This document shows positions 8,947 to 17,607 of a stretch of DNA of 64,000 nucleotides, piece after piece; within the stretch, counting starts at the first letter, position 1; the number at the start of each line of letters is the position of its first letter. The notes under the pieces are model-generated. The model saw nothing but the letters and a program-made list of their open reading frames with translations, was not told the DNA's origin and searched no databases. The stretch covers positions 7,121-71,120 of the IMG/VR virus record IMGVR_UViG_3300020567_000066; one strand, given 5' to 3'. This stretch comes from a virus (Duplodnaviria > Caudoviricetes). The position numbers were made by a program, and so were the translations under genes.

Positions 8947-9321
8947 TCAGTTATCCACACAGTTTGAACTATTGCCACAATCTTGCATAACAATCTTCAG
9001 ATAACTGGCGAGAGAGAAGTCAATCACACAATTACAGAGAAACCTAAAAACATTTGGAATATTACCTGTTTTGTAAATCTCTCTTACTTTTGAATCAGAA
9101 GTAATGTAAAAGAGTCTATAAATAATTGGATTGCTTCCCTCCTTTACAAGCATCAAATCCTTCCCAAGCACACTAACCTTGTAGACCAGCCTATTAATAT
9201 CCTTTTCCTCACAGTAATACACAGATAGCAAACCATCAAGATTGGTAGCAATGATGGAAATCAGCCTCTCTTCTTCAGCATCAAACTTGACAAGATTCAG
9301 AGTGTCATTCTGTGGCATCAT
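8947..9321 (-). CDS. hypothetical protein, likely paralog of the 1861-2532 domains
   Basis: VKFDAEEERLISII ~ ISFTTKEKYIISSF; IYRLFY ~ CYRLLF. Confidence 0.55.
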   Translation of the reverse strand: MMPQNDTLNLVKFDAEEERLISIIATNLDGLLSVYYCEEKDINRLVYKVSVLGKDLMLVKEGSNPIIYRLFYITSDSKVREIYKTGNIPNVFRFLCNCVIDFSLASYLKIVMQDCGNSSNCVDN

Positions 9322-9470
9322 AACTAACTCCTGTTCACTCCCGCATTCTCTTGCGTTGCCTACGTCAGCAACGTCACCATTAATAACCTATGGCAACCAA
9401 CCGATATAACGGGAAAATAGAAAAATGAAATGATTTTTCATAAGTCTTTGGAGAAGATGGTGATAAAGAA

Positions 9471-9544
9471 TGCTCCTGGTAGGACTCGAACCTACAACCA
9501 GTTGCTTAGAAGGCAACTGCTCTATCCATTTGAGCTACAGGAGC
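9471..9544 (-). tRNA. tRNA-Arg, anticodon UCU (no encoded CCA)
   Basis: Reverse complement GCTCCTGTAGCTCAAATGGATAGAGCAGTTGC-CTTCTAA-GCAACTGGTTGTAGGTTCGAGTCCTACCAGGAGCA; full cloverleaf. Confidence 0.95.
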
Positions 9545-9551
9545 AGAACTG

Positions 9552-9875
9552 TCAAATCTTGTTGAGTATCTTGATCAGTCCATTGTCATTGAATACAAGA
9601 TATAGAGCATCATTTCTTTCCACACTAGGATATGATACAATAACCTCCTTCTCAGAATTGCCATCAGGAAGAGTTTTGTTGTTTACCTTCACATTAGAAG
9701 GAATATATTTTGTTGCTCTGTAAACAGTTACAATTGAATCAACAACCTTGTCACATAGTTCCAAAGAAATGTTTGATTCATTCAGTTCCTTTACCAACTT
9801 TGCCATTGTGGTACTGAGATAGAGATAGGTGCTCAGCAAATTAACAATCTTCTTCAGGAATTCTTCACTTGTCAT
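9552..9875 (-). CDS. hypothetical protein
   Basis: 107-aa ORF, SD AAGGAG. Confidence 0.65.
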   Translation of the reverse strand: MTSEEFLKKIVNLLSTYLYLSTTMAKLVKELNESNISLELCDKVVDSIVTVYRATKYIPSNVKVNNKTLPDGNSEKEVIVSYPSVERNDALYLVFNDNGLIKILNKI

Positions 9876-9905
9876 AGGTCATTCTCCTTGTTCAAGAGGA
9901 CAGAA

Positions 9906-10490
9906 TCAAACCATTCCCTTGATTATAGAGTCAATGTAAAAGACTCCCCTTTCATTATCTTTTGGTGAAGGAAAAAGACACATAAATGCAGACTCATTCT
10001 TACAAAGATCATAAGACTTTAGCTTTCCAAAAGTAGAGCAAAATGCATTGATTCCTGTCTCTATTGGCAAATAGATGTCATAAATATCCCCCTTTATGAT
10101 TACATCATCCAATTGTGTTGGCACAATAAACCCTATAAATGGCCTAAAGTAATCATTTAGGTCAATTGTTGTCTTATAGATGAAGACAAGTTGCTTCACA
10201 AAGACAATCTCCCCATACTCCCTCTGATCATCAGAAGTCAGTACAGCAAATGGTAGACGAATCTTGTTTGTATTCTGCAAATATTCCATAAGAGTCATAT
10301 TCTCTTTATACTCTTTATCCTGTCTCATGTAGATTTCCTTGAAAAGGATCATAGTGTTATCTGGTCTAAACTCAACAGGGAAGACACAAAGAGAGACAGA
10401 ATTACCTTTGATTGGCAATCCCTTTCTGTTGAAGTAATCAACAATACCAACCTCTTTCTCAACACTATCCAATACCTTGTGTTTATTCAT
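9906..10490 (-). CDS. hypothetical protein
   Basis: 194-aa ORF coupled to the primase-helicase by a 4-bp overlap. Confidence 0.65.
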   Translation of the reverse strand: MNKHKVLDSVEKEVGIVDYFNRKGLPIKGNSVSLCVFPVEFRPDNTMILFKEIYMRQDKEYKENMTLMEYLQNTNKIRLPFAVLTSDDQREYGEIVFVKQLVFIYKTTIDLNDYFRPFIGFIVPTQLDDVIIKGDIYDIYLPIETGINAFCSTFGKLKSYDLCKNESAFMCLFPSPKDNERGVFYIDSIIKGMV

Positions 10491-12196
10491 ATTTCTTCTA
10501 CCTCCTCAGATTCATGAATAAACTGTTCTATCTGCTCATCAGAAATAACATTGTCTGATTCTACAAGTTCTTCACCTATAGAATCAGTAATGTACATATC
10601 ATAAGTGTCAAATAAGAATATCTTATTGTCTGAAGGATAATTTGTTTTTATTACAGAAAGATAAGATTGATTCTCTTCATTCTTGTCTACTCTCAAAACT
10701 ACTCTTGATATACCTGTAAAACCAATACTTCCTAATCCCTGTTGAACTTGATTACCATAACTACTGCCATTCCCATTACCATTCCCATTCCCCTTAGTCT
10801 TTCTCAAGTGTCTAACAACAATTGTGGTCATACCCCTACTTCTACACAAACCAACAAAGAATCCAAGTATCTTTCTGATTTCAACATCTGAATACATTAT
10901 ATTAGAGTCTCTCAAGTAAGATGAGATTGGATCAATAATTACAACACGTACATCATGTCTTTCAATCACTCCTTTTATCTTGTTTATATCATTAGGAAAT
11001 ACTGGAAAGTCATTGTAATACAAAAACTTATTAGGATCAGCTTTCATCTGCTTGATTCTGGTCTTTATGGAGGAGACTGTATCCTCATGAGAGATGATCA
11101 ATACTTTTCCATTATCATACCCAGTAACACCAAGACAATTGTCTAGAGAACATATAAACTTATTTCCAGAAACAAAAGCATAAGACAAGGCTAAGGAAAT
11201 GAAACTCTTTCCACAACCAGGATTTCCTTCAATTAATATCAACTCATTCCTTGGTATCATATTTTCTACAAGCCATATATTACCATCTAGTTCCTTGAAA
11301 TCAGAAATACTCAATACTTCATCTTTGTATAACCAACTGAAGAAGGATTCTAGTGAAACAGAAATATTATTGTCATAAATATGAACAAGAAGATCATCAA
11401 TCTTTTCCTTTTGTATTCCAGTTTTCTTAACCTTCTCCCAGTCAAAGTAATAAATATTCTTTATCTCTGTATAATTCACCAATTCTTTGAGTTCTGTTAA
11501 CACATCAACATCAGAGTCGTAGACTAGAAAGACAATATCTTCTGGTTTGAATAAATTACTCTTATAGCAACTTATTACATCCTTTTCAAGAGTCAATTTA
11601 GATTGACTACCAATAACATTACCAATAATATTCATTCTATCAAACAAAATAGATGTAACAATAGACTTTAAATATCCTTCAATGAAATAAAAAACATTAC
11701 TACCATCACTTCTTACTAATGATGGTAAAGCTGGAGAAAGATTATAATACCTTCCATTTGGACTATCTATTAGTCTCAACTGATAATGATTTGAACCATC
11801 TTGTGAATTAATGGGAATGATAAGACAGTAAGACTGTTGATTATTCTTATCAAATATTCCTGGTTTTATACCATACTTCTTAGCTTCACTCTCTGTTATT
11901 CCCCTTCTAGATAACTCATTCAAGTGTTGAGAGTGAAAGACATAAGCTAATGTTAATGTACCTTTATCATAATTCTTTTCCTTATTCATCCATTTCCTCC
12001 TATCAGGAAAACTAATATCTTCTCCTACCAAATGAGAAATCTTCTCCTCAATCACCTCCTTGTATTCTAATACTTCTGACATAGAACACCCAGCAAAACA
12101 TTTACATTTGACAATCTTCCCATCAGAAACACCAACAGACAAAGAAGGATGAACATCATGGTGAGCAGGACATCTAATGGTGTAATACCTGATCAT
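10487..12196 (-). CDS. primase-helicase: Zn-binding domain, TOPRIM and RepA/AAA_25-type helicase
   Basis: CPAHHDVHPSLSV..CKCFAGC; IEGYLKS and VYDSD; Walker A EGNPGCGKS; Walker B VVIIDPIS; VRHLRK. Confidence 0.85.
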   Translation of the reverse strand: MIRYYTIRCPAHHDVHPSLSVGVSDGKIVKCKCFAGCSMSEVLEYKEVIEEKISHLVGEDISFPDRRKWMNKEKNYDKGTLTLAYVFHSQHLNELSRRGITESEAKKYGIKPGIFDKNNQQSYCLIIPINSQDGSNHYQLRLIDSPNGRYYNLSPALPSLVRSDGSNVFYFIEGYLKSIVTSILFDRMNIIGNVIGSQSKLTLEKDVISCYKSNLFKPEDIVFLVYDSDVDVLTELKELVNYTEIKNIYYFDWEKVKKTGIQKEKIDDLLVHIYDNNISVSLESFFSWLYKDEVLSISDFKELDGNIWLVENMIPRNELILIEGNPGCGKSFISLALSYAFVSGNKFICSLDNCLGVTGYDNGKVLIISHEDTVSSIKTRIKQMKADPNKFLYYNDFPVFPNDINKIKGVIERHDVRVVIIDPISSYLRDSNIMYSDVEIRKILGFFVGLCRSRGMTTIVVRHLRKTKGNGNGNGNGSSYGNQVQQGLGSIGFTGISRVVLRVDKNEENQSYLSVIKTNYPSDNKIFLFDTYDMYITDSIGEELVESDNVISDEQIEQFIHESEEVEEI

Positions 12197-12291
12197 ATAT
12201 ACTCACCACCAGGTTAGGCAGTAATGCTGCCATATTAACCCCTTTCCCAGCAAAAAGGATAACAGAAAAATGGAAATTACCTCTTCCAATT

Positions 12292-12325
12292 CCCCATTCC
12301 CAATTCCCCCATCACCCAATAACCC
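12292..12325 (-). other. G-quadruplex motif on the minus strand
   Basis: Five C-tracts of 3 or more on the plus strand, i.e. GGG-TTATT-GGG-TGAT-GGGGG-AATT-GGG-AAT-GGGG on the minus strand. Confidence 0.55.
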
Positions 12326-12340
12326 AGGATACCCATAATT

Positions 12341-12420
12341 TTTGATTATTTCGCTTATAATCGATTTTCCTACCAAAAGTATATCATTACCCTCCCCAAC
12401 CCAAAATAATCGATTATACG
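12341..12420. repeat. left paired-arm element TATAATCGATT-41 bp-AATCGATTATA
   Basis: Arms at 12356-12366 and 12408-12418, preceded by TTTGATTATTT; second copy at 14321-14403. Confidence 0.8.
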
Positions 12421-12507
12421 CAATCCTATGAGGAAATAAAGGCATTCTCATGGGATTGAGGAAGGAAGAGTGCACCATTAACCATTCGCCATTCGCTGCT
12501 TTCCACC

Positions 12508-12556
12508 GCTCGCTGCTCGCTGCTCACCGCTCACTGCTCACTGCTCGCTGCTCGCC
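12508..12556. repeat. tandem heptamer GCTC(G/A)C(T/C), seven copies
   Basis: gctcgct gctcgct gctcacc gctcact gctcact gctcgct gctcgcc. Confidence 0.85.
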
Positions 12557-12659
12557 ATCAACCATCTCAATTCCCCATTTCACCAGAAAAATAGAAATCT
12601 TGTTAGATTTTACCCCTTTCAGGGGTTAATATAGGGTGAGAGAGAAGGGAAGTAGAAGG

Positions 12660-14280
12660 TAAGAGAGTAATTAATGGGTTAATTAACATAGAATTAATTT
12701 CACTGAATTAATTACATTGAATTAATTCACCTAATTAATCATACACTATTAAGTGTGTTAATAACTTAATTGTATGTGATTAAGTCAATGTAATTAAATG
12801 AAATATTATTCACCATAATTAAAGTCACTGTAATTAATGTAGTGTAAATGTAATGTAATATTATCATATGGTGTTAATACACTAATATACAGTGTAATGT
12901 AATTGAATTGTTAATGTATGGGAAAAAGTATATGCTTATTCTATACTAGTGTATGATATAGTTCATTTAATTGGGTTAATTACATTGACTTTAATTCATA
13001 TGATTTAATTTCACCTAATGAAGTTTTAATTCAATGTATATGAGATATATTCTCTAATCTAGTGAAATATACTCTTAATAGACTTATTCTATTTGGTGAA
13101 TAATATTCACATTAATTTGCACTAACATTAAGAGTATTCTAATATATTATTTATACTGTACACTTTAAGTCTATGTACTATTAACATAGTGTTAATATTG
13201 TGTTAATATTATGTGAGGAAAAGAATATATTCTCTTTACATTAGGTGAATTAATCTAATGTAATTGAAAAGAAATATATTTCTTCTATTCAATTAAATTC
13301 AATTGATATTAATTCATATGATTCTAATGTCAATGTAATTAATTGCACCATAATATGGTGTTAACACACTATATATTCTAGTGTAATGTAATTAAACTAA
13401 TTTATGGTGAGAGAAGATATACTCTTAATTACATTGACTTAATTTATGTGATTTAATTCACCTAGTTTAATTCACCTAATTGAATAGAATTAACACTATT
13501 CTTTCACCCACAATATTAACCCAATTAATAGAAGATATATTGCACTCTAATTAAGTGTTCTATTCAATGTAATTAATTCAATTAGATGAATATCATATAC
13601 ATTAGGTGATTAATACACTTAATAGTCTATTCACATTAATTTCATGTAATTAATTCACCAACTATATGATTCACCTAATAGAGAGTATATTACACTTACA
13701 TTAGATGTATTAATTCACCATAATTAAGTGTATTAATCATATGAAATAAAATAATGTTATACTCCTAAAGTATATGTTAACACTCAATTAAATAATCTAG
13801 TGTATTACATTAAGTGTATGAGAGAAGAATATGATTAACACTATTACTACTCACCTAGTGTTAATAGACTAATGTCTTCTCACATTAATCTCTTCTCATT
13901 AATCTTCTCCCATTAATTTCACCTAATAGAGTATATTAGATTAATCTAGTGTATAGACTATACTAAGTGTATTAGTCTATTAACCCCTAATTAGGGTGAT
14001 AATATTCACCTAATGAATTAACACCTAGTGTAATTAAGGTGCATTAACACTTAGTGTAATTAACACTTAATTACAGTGAAATTAATAGAGTATTAAACTA
14101 AGTGTATTAATCTACTAGGTGAATTAATCTACTAGAGTATATAATACACTTAATTATGGTGCAATTTAATTACATTGAAGAAGATATATACTCTAAAGTA
14201 TATGAAAGAACATATACTCTTAATCATATGAAAAGAATATATATTCCTAAAGTATATGAAAAGTATATGAATAATACAAC
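12660..14280. repeat. AT-rich mosaic of dispersed short repeats and palindromes
   Basis: TTCACCTAAT 6 forward + 1 reverse; TAATTACATTGA 4 forward + 3 reverse; no CG seen; sampled 60-bp lines 15-22% GC. Confidence 0.8.
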
Positions 14281-14320
14281 ATTCCTTGGAAACATTAGAT
14301 TCAGTTGTTACCCTCTATTT

Positions 14321-14403
14321 TTTGATTATTTGCTCTATAATCGATTTTGTGGTCTTGGGAGTATCTTTCATCATTTTGGATAGAGATAATCGATTATAAG
14401 CGA
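14321..14403. repeat. right paired-arm element TATAATCGATT-41 bp-AATCGATTATA
   Basis: Arms at 14336-14346 and 14388-14398, same spacing as the left element, offset 1980 bp. Confidence 0.8.
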
Positions 14404-14461
14404 TTTTAGAAGGAAATAAGGGTGTTATTGGGTGATGAGTGGTGAAGGGTGAGTGGTTATT

Positions 14462-14489
14462 GGGGAGAAGGGTGAGTGGGGAATTGGGG
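14462..14489 (+). other. G-quadruplex motif on the plus strand
   Basis: GGGG-AGAA-GGG-TGAGT-GGGG-AATT-GGGG. Confidence 0.55.
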
Positions 14490-14643
14490 AGTGGTGAGTG
14501 GGCAGTAGTGATTAGCTGTTAATATGCCCTTCTTCTCCTCTTGGTCATAAAAATCTTCCAAAATTCTGTTATCCAATCTTTTCCCCAGGTGTTTAATAAT
14601 GCGACCATAGAATAGTTATGGCAATTACTCACTCGAAAGGAGA

Positions 14644-15240
14644 ATGATCATGCCTTCTGTTTACAAAATCCCAAGGAAGAACAATAATCAAAGTTCTTCT
14701 ACTACTCAGGAGAATAATTCTCCTAAGCAATCTAATGATCAATCTAAGAGAAAGTTTTATCCAAAGAAATATCAGAGTAATAGACAAGAGAATAATAGTG
14801 TCAGAAACTCTATTGTTCTTCTAGGAACATATAAAGTATCTTCTGATGGTAATGTTTATATCTCAAAGAATGGGAAAGGATATATAGTTCTTCTCATTTA
14901 TGGGAAGTATAATAATAGAATAAACATTAGTTATTTCTTTAATCAGAAACAATTAGATAAGATTTTCTATAACATCAGGAATAATTGGAAAATAAATCTT
15001 GATGAAGTAGAAGGTAGTAATGATTTAGAGAAACTTAAGAATTATGTGAAAAGTAAAATGTCTATTGATATTAGTAGTAATAGTGAAGAAGAAATACTCT
15101 TAAGATCTTTATCTTCTCTTCTTACTATTCCAAGATATTGTGATATAATGATCAAGGAAGATAATAAAGGAAAATTCTTATACTTTTGTCATATCAAGGA
15201 AAAGAAATCTTTTTCCTTCAATAAGGGTAATAAGAAGTAA
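14644..15240 (+). CDS. hypothetical protein, paralog of 15260-15757; possibly ssDNA-binding (DUF669-like)
   Basis: N/Q/S/K-rich N-terminus, then DGNVYISKNGKGYIVLLIYGKYN; SD AAAGGAG. Confidence 0.45.
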   Translation: MIMPSVYKIPRKNNNQSSSTTQENNSPKQSNDQSKRKFYPKKYQSNRQENNSVRNSIVLLGTYKVSSDGNVYISKNGKGYIVLLIYGKYNNRINISYFFNQKQLDKIFYNIRNNWKINLDEVEGSNDLEKLKNYVKSKMSIDISSNSEEEILLRSLSSLLTIPRYCDIMIKEDNKGKFLYFCHIKEKKSFSFNKGNKK

Positions 15241-15259
15241 TTTATTAGGAGAATAAACA

Positions 15260-15757
15260 ATGGAAAATGAAAAATACAATAAAAAGAATTGGTTACATAG
15301 AGAAAGATTAGATGAAGAAGATACTCTTTATGCTGGAAAAGCAAAAATATATTGTGATGGAAACATATATAAGTCTAATCATGGAGTAAAGTATTTAAGA
15401 CTATCAATTGAAGGGAATTACAATAAGAAGTATAAGATAAACTATTATTTCCATAATTCTTCTTCTCAAGTGAAGAATATACTAGACAATGCAAGTAAAC
15501 TCTGGTTTAAAGATGTTGACAATAAAAGCAATTTCAATGTCAATGATCTAGTTGGTATAGTAAAGAGAGAAAATAATGATTTAGATATTTCTGATCCAAA
15601 GAGTGATAAGATTGAAGATATTGCTAATTGTTTAGCAGATGTTCTTTCTGTAATTCTTTCTAAACCTAAAGTAGCTCAAATTATTATTACAAGGAAACAA
15701 GATATTTATAAAGTCTATTTCTGTAAGGTGAGGAAAGATAGGAAAAGAAATAAGTAG
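15260..15757 (+). CDS. hypothetical protein, paralog of 14644-15240
   Basis: DGNIYKSNHGVKYLRLSIEGNYN...VYFC aligns by eye with the upstream gene. Confidence 0.55.
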   Translation: MENEKYNKKNWLHRERLDEEDTLYAGKAKIYCDGNIYKSNHGVKYLRLSIEGNYNKKYKINYYFHNSSSQVKNILDNASKLWFKDVDNKSNFNVNDLVGIVKRENNDLDISDPKSDKIEDIANCLADVLSVILSKPKVAQIIITRKQDIYKVYFCKVRKDRKRNK

Positions 15758-15769
15758 TGGAGGTTAGAT

Positions 15770-16762
15770 ATGAATCCAATACTTGTTAAAGATGTTTGTA
15801 ATGTTATCAATGTTCCTCTTCCTTCTAGTTTTTGGAAGGAACAGATTTTACCATTTGTTCCTGATATTTCTATTGATCTCTCTACTGTGATTGAGAAGGA
15901 AAATAATCATTACAGTGAAGTGTCTGAAGTGTTGAATTTCCTTCTAGAGACATTTGACATTAGTATAAACTACATTCATATCATCTACTCAATCTACTCT
16001 TCTATGTGTTCTATTGCCTATCTTCTGAAGGATGATAATATTATCAAGATAGCAGCCAATCAATTCAACTTTATTCACAAGTATTATGAGAAGAGTGAGT
16101 CACTGTATGTTGACATATTACATGGATTGGACTTCATTCAAGATGGATTCTCTAATGAGAAGTTTGAGACTGTTGTTACTCCACCTCACATGAGCAAATT
16201 GTTTAGTAAAATGCTCTATGTGTTTGTGAATATATTTTTCCTAGTAAACTATAGACATTCACAGTATGATTATTACTTCCTGAGTAACTTCAGAGACAGT
16301 ATCAAGGAATTGGGTAATCTAAGTTTTGATGTCTTGGGTAAAGAGATTATTGAGTCTTATAAGAATGCTGATTCTCTGGATGAAACATTGTCTGTAGTTG
16401 AAGAGGTAAAGAAGATTTTCAACCTTCTTCTAAATGATAATGTCACTTTCCTAATCAAAAAGAAGGGTGGTGACTCTGAGGTTATCAACAATGTTGTTCT
16501 GAAAATCAATCCTTTTGTGGAGATTGAAAAGATAAAGCTATTCAGGAACAACCTTACAAAGATGAGACCCTTGAGAGATATGTGCAACCATCTGGTAATC
16601 TATTATCTCTCCTGTGTCAATTGCTTGAAAAAGCCTCAAAATGTTCTTAAATCTGTTGAGGAACTGCATAATTTTGTTATCCAGGACATGGGCAAAGTGG
16701 TTAATGAGGTGATGTCCCTCAATAGGATATTCAAGTCCAAGCTGGTTGATATGCTTGTATAG
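15770..16762 (+). CDS. hypothetical helical protein
   Basis: 330-aa ORF, SD GGAGG. Confidence 0.7.
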   Translation: MNPILVKDVCNVINVPLPSSFWKEQILPFVPDISIDLSTVIEKENNHYSEVSEVLNFLLETFDISINYIHIIYSIYSSMCSIAYLLKDDNIIKIAANQFNFIHKYYEKSESLYVDILHGLDFIQDGFSNEKFETVVTPPHMSKLFSKMLYVFVNIFFLVNYRHSQYDYYFLSNFRDSIKELGNLSFDVLGKEIIESYKNADSLDETLSVVEEVKKIFNLLLNDNVTFLIKKKGGDSEVINNVVLKINPFVEIEKIKLFRNNLTKMRPLRDMCNHLVIYYLSCVNCLKKPQNVLKSVEELHNFVIQDMGKVVNEVMSLNRIFKSKLVDMLV

Positions 16763-16777
16763 TTGGAGGTATTAGAT

Positions 16778-17596
16778 ATGGACATTTTACTTGAGAAGTT
16801 TTGTGAGAAGAAGTATCCAATCCCTTCAGATTTTGTTAAGGGATGGTTTGAACTTGTTGCACAGGTTGATTTATTTTATGATCTGTGCAATTTGAAAGAT
16901 GATGAAATTAAAGAGTTTCAAGATGAAAATAGTGTATTGGAGTTCTTATCAAAAGCTTATCTCTCCATCAACTCCATATGCTTCTCTATTCTTTCTGCTA
17001 ATGATCTTTATGAAGAATTGTCCTATATTTCTTCCAACCTCTGTGAGGATGAAAATGATATTGTCAGATTGTTTTTTGACCTGAAGAAATTGTATGATAA
17101 AATGGTAGATAATTATGAAAGAAATTATCGTTATCCTCACAACTACTGGTTTACCTTTGAACCTAATTTTCATAGGTTTATGATGGAGAAGATTGAAGAA
17201 TTGTTTAGTGTTATTCTTAGTTCTGGTGATTTGAAATCTGGTAAACTCTATGATTCTTATAGAGAGTATGTGAAAGAATTACTTGACAGAAATATAGCTG
17301 AAATATTTCGTATGAGAACAAATCTTGATTATGATGTGATAATTTATCGTAAAGATTATCAGGACAACATAGATTTTGTCTACACAAAGTCTGATGATAA
17401 TGAAAGCATTCATAAGCCAGACATTTATGTTGGTGTTTTGGCTAAGTTCAAATATCCAATTGTGGGAAGGAATACAGTTTTGCACAAGTGTATGATGTGC
17501 TCTGAGTATTACTTTAAGAAAGCTGTTGGCCATCATTATGCTTTGTTGACTGGTCAACCTAATAACTTCCTTTTTGTCAATCCTGAGGCACCATAA
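16778..17596 (+). CDS. hypothetical helical protein
   Basis: SD GGAGGT before ATG 16778. Confidence 0.7.
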   Translation: MDILLEKFCEKKYPIPSDFVKGWFELVAQVDLFYDLCNLKDDEIKEFQDENSVLEFLSKAYLSINSICFSILSANDLYEELSYISSNLCEDENDIVRLFFDLKKLYDKMVDNYERNYRYPHNYWFTFEPNFHRFMMEKIEELFSVILSSGDLKSGKLYDSYREYVKELLDRNIAEIFRMRTNLDYDVIIYRKDYQDNIDFVYTKSDDNESIHKPDIYVGVLAKFKYPIVGRNTVLHKCMMCSEYYFKKAVGHHYALLTGQPNNFLFVNPEAP

Positions 17597-17607
17597 CGGA
17601 GGATTTT

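Larger units (their letters stand above)
12290..14500. other. putative replication origin / control region at the divergent strand switch
   Basis: No credible ORFs; genes point away on both sides; C-rich left flank mirrors G-rich right flank; adjacent to the primase-helicase. Confidence 0.6.

Noticed and set aside
8951-8959. Perfect DnaA box TTATCCACA
   Set aside because: Single copy overlapping a gene end, no cluster, 3 kb from the candidate origin.
10765-10795. CCATT(C/A) microsatellite
   Set aside because: Simply encodes a GNGNGNGNG loop in the helicase.
12203-12478. 91-aa minus-strand ORF
   Set aside because: Translates the G4 and arm repeats (GDGGIGNGE); no convincing SD; better explained as regulatory DNA.
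12660-14280. CRISPR array or mini-array
   Set aside because: Repeats are 10-12 bp, on both strands and irregularly spaced; no constant repeat-spacer period.
14156-14383. 75-aa plus-strand ORF in the AT mosaic
   Set aside because: Low-complexity Y/N/K translation of the repeat vocabulary; no SD.
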